Position numbers and translations under genes: made by a program. Shown one piece after another: positions 55,204 through 64,000 of a stretch of 64,000 bases of DNA (position 1 is the first letter of the stretch; every line of letters starts with the position of its first letter). This DNA is from Octopus vulgaris (Eukaryota): NCBI GenBank assembly GCA_951406725.2, contig OX597823.1:64976001-65040000 (forward strand), written 5' to 3'. The notes under the pieces were generated by a model, which worked only from the letters and a program-made list of their open reading frames with translations, was not told where the DNA came from and did no database searches.

Positions 55204-55477
55204 TATACACACATACATTATTTATTATATATTATGTTATTTAATATATTTTATATATTATTTAATATATATTATATATTATATATATACACACATACAC
55301 ATATATATATATATATACACACATACATACATAAACACTCAATACACACTCACATACACACAGTGTCAGCGATCGACCACTAACGTTATTATTTTTAGGA
55401 ATAATAATGTTCTCATATTCATACATATATATGTATACACCCCCACATGCATACATACATACATACATACATACATG

Positions 55478-55547
<70 letters not shown>

Positions 55548-55632
55548 TATACACACATACATTATTTATTATATATTATGTTATTTAATATATTTTATAT
55601 ATTATTTAATATATATTATATATTATATATAT

Positions 55633-55663
<31 letters not shown>

Positions 55664-55760
55664 CACACATACATACATAAATACTCAATACACACGCACA
55701 TACACACAGTGTCAGCGATCGACCACTAACGTTATTATTTTTAGGAATAATAATGTTCTC
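55201..55760 (+). repeat. About 215-bp near-identical duplication (55201-55414 and 55545-55760)
   Basis: Both copies end in cagtgtcagcgatcgaccactaacgttattatttttaggaataataatgttctc. Confidence 0.9.
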
Positions 55761-55786
55761 TTATATTCATTTTAATTATTTAATCG

Positions 55787-55830
55787 TTACAGTTGAAAAG
55801 GTCTCAAAATGACCGAAACCGGTACTGAAA
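55787..55830 (+). ncRNA. Minimal type I hammerhead ribozyme motif (U3-A8 core variant) in a Penelope-like repeat
   Basis: ttaCAG-TTGAAAA-GGTC tcaaaat GACC-GAAA-CCGG-TA-CTG: stem I, core, stem II, GAAA, palindromic stem III and a GUA cleavage triplet. Confidence 0.6.
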
Positions 55831-56514
55831 TGTTCACTATAAAATTATTTTAGTATTTTCTATTTTTGACTTGTTTTTTCATATATATCAACTCGTGTGT
55901 TCCTTTTCACCCTTATACATATATATATATATATATACACATTTACATCTGTTTGTGTGTGTATATGCCTGTCTGTTTTTCTCTATATATACATGTATAT
56001 TTATCATGAATGTAGGTTTTTATGTATGAATCGATGCATTTATGTGTGTGTGTGTATGTTTGTGGTTGTATTTGTGTGTGTGTGCGTGTGTTTGTGAATG
56101 TGTGTGTTCAAGTTTTTATATTTGATCATGTAGTGATATATTTCTCTTATATCGAAAAAAAATCTGCAATGGCATCTACATTAATCCAGATTTAAATGCT
56201 GCAATAACGATGTTCGAGAGCCAAAATCTCCGTCCATTTTATATGGACGACTTAAGAAACAAAGCCTTTTAAAGCAGAAATTTATTATTCTGTTTCTATT
56301 TACTAAGATTTACCTCTTCCATAATATATGTTTCTGTTGTTAACAAAGAGGTTCCTTTGTATTAGTCAGTTTTGAAATGTTTCCACGAATGTTTCATGTA
56401 TAGTTTGCAGTTGTAGCAGCAAATTGTCATCTTTCGTCAGAAATCGGTTAATTATCAAGGTGGGTATCTGCCCCGGGTATAAAAGTTATCGGTATTGACA
56501 ATATATTGGCAGGC

Positions 56515-57240
56515 CTCAATCGATCGAATTTCCGCAAATGCTTATTTGATAAATTTCGATACTATAGGTTGATTGATCGAATTTCATAAGACAAGCTTTG
56601 CCCGTATTTCATCAGACAGCTGATGGAATTTCATCAGCCCGACAGAATTTTTATAGACTATAGAAGAGGATTTAGTATAGGTTACATACGATAAGTTACA
56701 GTGTAGGTTATAGACTTAACTTACTAGCAATGTAAGCTATAATACAACCTAAAATGACGAGGACAGTTCTGCGAATTTTCTGAGCCTGATAGTTGAGATC
56801 GAATTTCATTGAACGGGCAACTGGTCGAATTTGATCCAATTTGATTCATAGAGTTTCTCAGATAAGCAGTTGATGGAGGGTTACTTGAGCAGGTCAGTTG
56901 ATCGAATCTTATTTGATGAACAGTTGATCAAATTTCATTAAACGGACAACCGATCGAAAATTTTAACCGGACAGTTTCTCGAATTTCACGTGACAGAAAG
57001 TTGATCGACTTTCATGAGATGGGCAGTCGATCGAATTCCACCAAACGGACAGGTGATAGAATTTCATCGAACAGAGACAATTGACTGAATTTCAGACAAT
57101 TGCTCGAATTCCTTTCAACTGACAGTTGATCCAACTTCATCTTTGGGCACATGATCAATTTCTGTCAAATTGACAGTTGATCGAATTTTAACAATCGGAC
57201 GTTTGACCTAATTTCAGCAAATGTGTGTTGGTCGAATTTA
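56515..57240 (+). repeat. Degenerate ~26-bp minisatellite (consensus about GGACAGTTGATCGAATTTCATCAAAC)
   Basis: Roughly 20 or more recognisable units, densest at 56760-57240. Confidence 0.8.
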
Positions 57241-57521
57241 ATGGGCTATGGTATATGCTATAAACTATAGGCTAGGGTATAAACTAAATCTATAGATTTA
57301 TTTGAACAGGTATTTTTTTTTGCATTCAAGAAATCTTGAATCCAATCCCACTACATTGCATCTTGGGATGGTGTGATTTTCTGTTGGCTCGAATCGACAC
57401 GATCCCTATGATTGAAATTGGATTCATTGAAGACTTGACTTTTGAGTAGAGTATAAATGTAATTCAATTATGTAATTCTGCCATACTGATTATGCTTGAG
57501 AATAACGTTAAATATGCATAC

Positions 57522-57972
57522 CCTTGTGGGATACTCAACCACTTATACTTAAATTCAATGAATTGGCCTTTACGATGGAATTCTTGGAATACTCCTACTT
57601 AAAACCAAACGGTATAGATTCACCGAATATGACTTCATGTCAAAGAAAATTCATATGTGAACTAGAAAATAACATTTCTATATGCAAGATCTTCATGTAT
57701 GCCCTTTTCCCTCAGAACATATAATTGTTGTTGCTATATACTTTATATAAAGCTTTAATCTTCTATGTACAAACACGGAGATCGCACTTGCAATATTGCT
57801 GTTGGCGTTGTTTTCTAAAAGTTCAACGAGTGATATTCATTAAACGCCTCAAACCATATTTTAACCGATATAAGCTGCGTGACACAAGAAAATCACGGAA
57901 GCTATAAAAACAAATACAGAAATACAACTCCAAAACAATCAAAGAACTCCTTTTCCGGTTTGCCGAAGATGC
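57522..57972 (-). pseudogene. Pseudo-exon resembling dynein stalk end / start of AAA5
   Basis: Acceptor ttaattctag|G at 57972 and donor AAGG|gtatgc. The frames give VIFLCHAAYIG (cf. AAFIAYLG), REKGIHEDLAYRNVI (cf. W..GLP.D..S.EN.II) and IPFGFK* (cf. IDPQGQ..KW). Several stops and frameshifts. Confidence 0.45.
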
Positions 57973-60900
57973 CTAGAATTAACAGTTAAACTTTCACATC
58001 AATGCAATTATTCTTGATTCTTGATCACTAATAACCAATAACAACACACGTCACGAATAACCATTTCATTCACCGGGAAAGTCTGGAAACTATTTTGGAT
58101 CAAAATGCATTACTTTTCCAAACAAAATCTGAAGTAAGGAACACAAAAATCTTAATACAAAAGATCAAACTTGAAGACATTCTTTATTTTAAGATCCACA
58201 AAAAAGTATATTTTTGAGCGTACAGCGGTTGTCGTAGATGAAATAGAATTGGGTGGAAAATAAATCAAAGATGCTAACCATATGAAAAATAGTTAAATTA
58301 GTGCTAATATAGAGAGCATTCAAGCAACAATATACTCTAAACACGTAAACTTTACATTACAATATAACCACGCTACATTCCTTAAAGCCTCTATTGTACT
58401 GTAATAAGCTTAATAAAACAATAGAGCAACCGTATGCAGGTCAGAGACGTGTCGTTCGCCCATTTACCATTTCCAATACTGCCTTGTATTGATGCTTCTA
58501 ACATTGAAATTGGTTAATTTTAACTGTGTTCATGTGGAATATGAATGCTTTCGCTTTTCTTGATCTTCTAATTATTGATTAGAGCACATTTCACTATATG
58601 TGCACTTAAACATCCCTCTTTTGTTGTTGGGTATTCGTGTTCGCCACATCAGTTCTGATGAAGCAAACTACAAATCAAAAGCATTCCAGCTATGGTCATC
58701 ACATTTCTCGATGTCATTACTACATTCGTCGTAGTTTAACGTGGTATTGCGTGAGAACATGAAGATTTTGCTGGTGTTTCTAAGACGTCAAGGGACCGCA
58801 AAGAGCTTTCCCCGTTGGATCGTCATCTATTTGTAAACAGCTACAATAGTGTGTTGAAATTCCCTACTGTTCTAGCAACAATATAATGTTATAGTTTTCA
58901 TGTAAGCATTGCTAGTTCGGAGACAGTATGTAACTGCTGTGGATAACACTGTGTGGAAACGATTTCTTTCACTTACGCCTCTAACATCCAGTGAATTGCG
59001 AGACTTTCATAAGAAGCAGTGCTACTCAATGTGATGGTGAAATGAACAGTCTTTAAAACTGTCTAAATTGTAATTCATGATATTTGACATATAAAATTGC
59101 TGTTGTTCTTATCTTATATTCATCTTATCGATCGGTGTCTTTCGCCTACCCCCAGAGAGAAGTATTGTAAATTCTCAAATGTGTACAACATGAATTAGAT
59201 GTCATGAACTGTATTCTTTTAGAGATGTAATCTCAAAAAGAATTCTTTCTGATAATAATTTTGATTAGTTACAGGCCGCTTTTATAAAATATTACTCATG
59301 GAAGAAGCTGCGAAACATTGCGTTAAATGCGACTACTAGCTACACAATCTCGATATACAATGGTCCTCAAATAAAACACACGTATCTTTCATGTGTGTAT
59401 GTTGTTACGAATCTGTCTGCTATTCATTCCACAATGAAAAATTTTGAATATGGTATAAGTTCAATTTCAAGTTTTACGATTACTTTCAATCTTCTCTGAC
59501 TGTTTGTTCACAAGTTCTGTTCTTTTATACCGTTTTGCAACTAAGCTCTTTTCCAAATACTATTGACGATTGAGTGGGATATATCTATAGACTCAAAATG
59601 TAAATGACAATTTTGAAATGTATACGAGCAAACAAGAAGAATGGCTTCATTCTAATTGCTTGCTGTCTAAATTCAATGCATCACAAATCACACGGCTCTC
59701 GAATGAATGTGTATATACGTGTATCTGTGAAAGAGAAAAAGAGGAAGACACTGAGGGTGAGGGAAGAAGAACTAGATAGGAAATGAGAAATATATATTGA
59801 TACATAAGAGGAAATGAGCGGAAGAGGTGAAATCAAGAGGATGTGAGGCATGCATAGTTATCGAGCGAAGAATAGACGAAATCAAAGACAAAGAAACAAA
59901 ATAGTAAAGTCTACTATAAATGGAGGAAATATTGACCCACTAACACATTGTTCTTGTTGTTGTAGAGATTATTGGAATTGTGCTGTCATTGCTATTATAG
60001 CTGATTGATTACAGATACAGCTCCTAGTATACACATTACGGTGTTATATTGAAGGTTTACTCCTGTATCCTTCATTGTTTCTGTTCGTTTCAGTTTCTTT
60101 GAAATTTATAAACGGTCCAACAGTCTCTTAAACATACGATATTCATTGAGTAATAAGGTTTTCAAGCTTAACCTTATGGTAATGTTCGGTATATCCTGTT
60201 TGAATAGCCGTAACATGATTGCAGATATCTTTAGAGTGTCCTATTACAGTAATATTCTTCTTAAGAAATATTACTAATGCATTCTGCACACCATTTCCAC
60301 CAGTTTCATATCTTCTCTATTATTTATAGTTGTTGGTGTCATTTAACCTCAGCTCAGGCTTCATTAAGCAAATTTATGATCGAAATAATTTCTGCTGCAA
60401 AGACTCCATCTTCATATACAAGCACAGTGTGTCTAGAACTGAATCAATGCAAGGTATCATTTTTGTTTTAATGAGGGTAGCGCGTGACTTTTAAGAAGCT
60501 TTGGTTGCTATTTATAACCACGATACAGGAAATACTTGTTGTTTAAGTCATCCCACGCTTATATCATCTGTAATCAAAGACATTCAAGCCATGACTATCC
60601 CTACTAAAGTTTCCCAAGTTTTTTTTTTTTTACCCGTCGTGTATCTCGGATGCATTCTATTCTAAGACTATCGGGTGCGGTTTAAGGGAGCTTTTTGTTA
60701 TTATTTCTTGTTGGGCGAGTAGATTACGTTGAGACGGCGCTCTCATTAACTAATTCAGTGAATAACTTTGTTTCCGCTTGATGCTCTTTAGCCACAGGTC
60801 GATCGTAATTGAGCAGACCTATGATCAACGTAATTCTAGCCATGACCGTTCATTGATTTTAGAAATATTATCTAATATGATCTATCATCTCCAAAAACAG

Positions 60901-61280
60901 TAGAGTTTGATTCGAGAGAAATTTGGTTGCTATTTCTAAAACGTCAAGCGCGCCTGTTCGTATTATATAGGGCGGCGAATTGGCCGAACTGTTAGGAGCC
61001 TTGCGGTATTTATTCCTGCTCTCTGAGTTCAAATCAAACCGATGTCAACTGCCAAGAAATATGAAAATATGAGTCAGGAATTGGTGTTCATACTTCTTTG
61101 TTCTCACCCAGAATTGGCCTTATCTTTCATTTACGTCAGTCATAAGACCGCGGCCATGATGGAGCACCGCCTAGAATGGTTTTACTCGAACAAATCGCTC
61201 CTAGTGCTTATTTTCTTTTAAAGTCAAGTGCTTAGTCTACTGGTCTCGTTTGCTGAACCATTAAATCACGGGAATGTCAA

Positions 61281-61361
<81 letters not shown>

Positions 61362-61398
61362 TAGATATATATATATAGATATATAGATATAGATATAT

Positions 61399-62024
61399 AA
61401 TTTAAATAATCAGAAAATGGAGAAAACTTTTGATCAACAAACAAATTGGACCACTTCTGTACATTATTTTTTAATGCAAAACATGACGTAACGTTTTTGT
61501 GACATAACAATTCTTACGGCCGTTTCCGCTTCCAATGCCAGTCAGTGCTTACGAAAGAATTACGAAAATAATATTTTCATAGGACATTCGATCTAGTGCA
61601 TGGAGCTCCATCAGAGTGAAAACAAATGCGTAAAATGAAATAAACGGAGGCTCAATATATTAAAATCGACTTCAAAGCTCTACGCTGGAAGATGGTATTA
61701 TTTTAACATATTCAGCCTCCTGGCCTCTTCCCGAGGCCATGTTCTTTCCTATTCGCTCTTCCCTTCGTTTATTTTATTTTACGCATTTGTTTTCATTCTG
61801 ATGAAGCTCCATGTACTAGATCGAATGTGCTATGAAAGTGATGAATATTATACTCGTAATTCTTTCGTAAGCATCGTCTGGCATTGGAAGCGGAAACGGC
61901 CGGAAGAATTGTTATGTTATAGAAATGTTATGTCTTGTTTTGTATTAAAATATAATCTACAGATGTGGTCCAATTTGTTTGTTTGTTGATCAAAAGTTTT
62001 ATCCATTTTCTGATTATTTAAATT
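61399..62024. repeat. About 250-bp imperfect inverted repeat (61399-61650 / 61762-62024)
   Basis: The arms are directly alignable reverse complements separated by 111 bp. The structure lies between (TA)n and (GATA)n tracts. Confidence 0.9.
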
Positions 62025-62141
62025 TGATTTCTGATAAACTCGTTTATTCTGTTATTTTTTACCTGTACCCTACGTGCATAGTGTGCCTGCATACCCATGC
62101 CTAGGGATAGCACAAAGTAACTGATACCGATAGTAAATACC

Positions 62142-62142
<1 letters not shown>

Positions 62143-62183
<41 letters not shown>

Positions 62184-62239
62184 AAGGTAGATAGATAGAT
62201 AGATAGATAGGTAGATAGATAGATTAATAGGTAGATAGG

Positions 62240-62315
<76 letters not shown>

Positions 62316-62324
62316 CAGATAGAC

Positions 62325-62383
<59 letters not shown>

Positions 62384-62392
62384 CAGACAGAT
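62143..62392 (+). repeat. (GATA)n microsatellite
   Basis: About 60 GATA/GACA units. Confidence 0.95.
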
Positions 62393-64000
62393 AGGGTCAT
62401 CCTATAAATAATGCAGTTTTTACAATTGCATGAACTCAAAGTCGGAGCGTGACGGGATAAGCTACCTGCATTAACTTGCTATAAAAGCAGGTAGTAATTC
62501 TACCTTGTATTTATTCTTAGTGCAAGTTTTGAAGAGTGCAGTTCGATTTTAACAGTTATTTTGCTAAGGTTACAATGGACGTGGCAGAGGAGCATATTCG
62601 GCATGTTTTGTTTTATGAGTTCAATAAAGGCAACAACGTAACGGAAAATGTGGGGAATATTAATGCAGTATATGGGGATCGGACAGTAAGCGCAAGCCAG
62701 TGTCAAACGTGGTTCCAGAAATTCCCACCCGAAAACTACAGCCTTGAAGACGAACCTCATGGAATATCGAGAACGTCCTGCAAACCCTTGTGGAACAAAA
62801 TCTTATCTTAACCGTTGAAAATACTAGCAGAGAAGCTTGGAATTGGTTATTCAACCATTTATCGACACCTACGTGCCATTGGAAAAGTCAGCAAATTGGG
62901 TCAATGTGTTCTTCACAAACTTTCCGAGTCTAGACACACGCAGAGAGTGAATGTGGGCCTCTTCTTTGCTGTCACGTCTCAGAAATGAAATATTTTTGGA
63001 TCCAATTGTCACTGGTGAAATGGGTTCTCTATAAAAGTGTCAAGCGCTGAAGACAGTGAGTAGGGAGAGGAGAAACACCGGCACTGAAGTCTAAAGAAGG
63101 TCTTCATCTACGAGAGGTATTGTCATGTGTTTGGTGGGATATGAAATGTTTATTCCACTTTGAACTTTTAAAGCCAAACCAAACGATAACAAAGGAGATC
63201 TACTGCGAGCAGCTTGAGCGACTTAAGCTAGCGCTTGAAGAAAAACAACCATCTTTGATTTCAAGACGAAAGGTGTTCTTCCATCAGGATAATGCTCAGC
63301 CAAATACAGCGAAGATGACATTCCAAAGGCTGGGGCAGTTTGACTGAGAAACGATGCCTCACCCACCATATTCACCGGACATTGTCCCATTTGATTATCA
63401 TTTATTCAACAGTCTTCAAAATCATTTGGACGAAAAAAATATGAATTCTATAGACGAGGTCAGAACAGTACTGGAGGAGTATTTTTCGTCACAGACAATT
63501 GAATTTTGGAAGTCTACCTGACAGATGGAAGAGTATTGTAGATAATGCAGGAGAGTATATCATTATATATAAAAGTGAGGTTGTGTGCTGTCTGTCTCCT
63601 ACGATTTAGATTCCTAATTACTCCCACATTTTGCGGTGCAGTTTAACCAAAACCGGGTATCTTATAGTCGTGATTCATATCGAGCCCTTCTGGGTATTAG
63701 CGCGCGTCTACGATGAGTCTACGATTTAAAAAAAAAATTACCATCAATTTTTCCCATTTTAATGCATTTTTGGCATATATAAGGGAAGTAACTCTCTAAA
63801 AATTTATTATTAAATCTCAGAACGTAAAAAGCTACAGTAACATCCCCCCTTTGTGGTTAGCCATATTGAGATGGCTATTATATTTTACATCTCTAAAAAT
63901 GCTTATATAGTTATTTCCCTTACAAACCCGAGCAACGCCGGGCGATACTGCTAGATTTAGATTAAAAAAAGAACTTTGTTTATCGTAATTTTAAAAAATA
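62393..64000 (+). mobile_element. Near full-length defective mariner (DD34D) transposon, interrupted near its 3' end by a Helitron
   Basis: Frames encode MDVAEEHIRHVLFYEF (HTH), IVTG(D)EKW-like, SCVWWDMK, FHQDNA and HPPYSPDIVP.DYHLF. Several frameshifts and stops. The left end matches the copy at 54247-54907. Confidence 0.9.
63560..63954 (+). mobile_element. Non-autonomous Helitron inserted in the mariner transposase 3' end
   Basis: TC...hairpin...CTAG. Removing it restores the mariner end GEY(N)LD*. Confidence 0.8.

Larger units (their letters stand above)
20800..60240 (-). pseudogene. Putative decayed multi-exon dynein heavy chain-like (possibly DNHD1-type) pseudogene, stalk-to-AAA6 region
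   Basis: Non-repetitive AG/GT-bounded segments at about 60061-60240, 57522-57972, 52380-52552, 42810-42978, 32331-32433, 27640-27920, 25148-25335, 24731-24788, 22920-23146 and 21840-22106. They give motifs collinear with dynein heavy chains: CHAAYIG; EKGIHEDL..RN; CIE.SSAGHTV; YEKPFKIYMTS..VNF; YREWFDLLA..LF..LHEL..QYS; FTEFHRYIL. Most segments carry in-frame stops or frameshifts. The similarity was judged by eye. Confidence 0.45.

Noticed and set aside
8968-55775. Many long ORFs rich in YI/HT/CV/RE/LS dipeptides
   Set aside because: They are translations of (TA)n, (CA)n, (GA)n and (GATA)n microsatellites, which lack stops by composition.
56515-57240. CRISPR-like appearance of the repeat array
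   Set aside because: The repeats are degenerate, the linkers are only about 10 nt and related to each other, the context is eukaryotic and no cas genes are present.
20800-60240. Rescue of the pseudogene stops by A-to-I editing (UAG/UGA to UGG)
   Set aside because: Frameshifts and multiple TAA stops are also present, so editing cannot restore an ORF.

Overview
Very AT-rich, repeat-dense eukaryotic DNA. It is almost certainly an octopod cephalopod (Octopus sp.); this is inferred from the SINE families, the microsatellite load and the Penelope-like, mariner and Helitron relics. Nearly all ORFs in the supplied track are microsatellite or SINE artefacts. One clear protein-coding exon is present: a 159-bp phase-0 exon on the + strand (10475-10633) whose translation matches the ciliary protein CFAP65/CCDC108. 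I found no other CFAP65 exon, so most of the window appears intronic. On the - strand, between about 60.2 kb and 20.8 kb, there is a chain of AG/GT-bounded, mostly stop- or frameshift-disrupted segments. Their translations follow the order of dynein heavy chain stalk/AAA5/strut/AAA6 motifs, suggesting a decayed, divergent dynein heavy chain pseudogene antisense to CFAP65. This comes from remembered motifs and needs a search to confirm. Also present are minimal hammerhead-ribozyme motifs in (TA)n-embedded Penelope-like repeats (two with compensatory 3:8 core pairs), four tRNA-derived SINE families with nested insertions, mariner relics, non-autonomous Helitrons, a hAT MITE, RLE-type and CR1/RTE LINE ends, a ~26-bp minisatellite and several hairpins.
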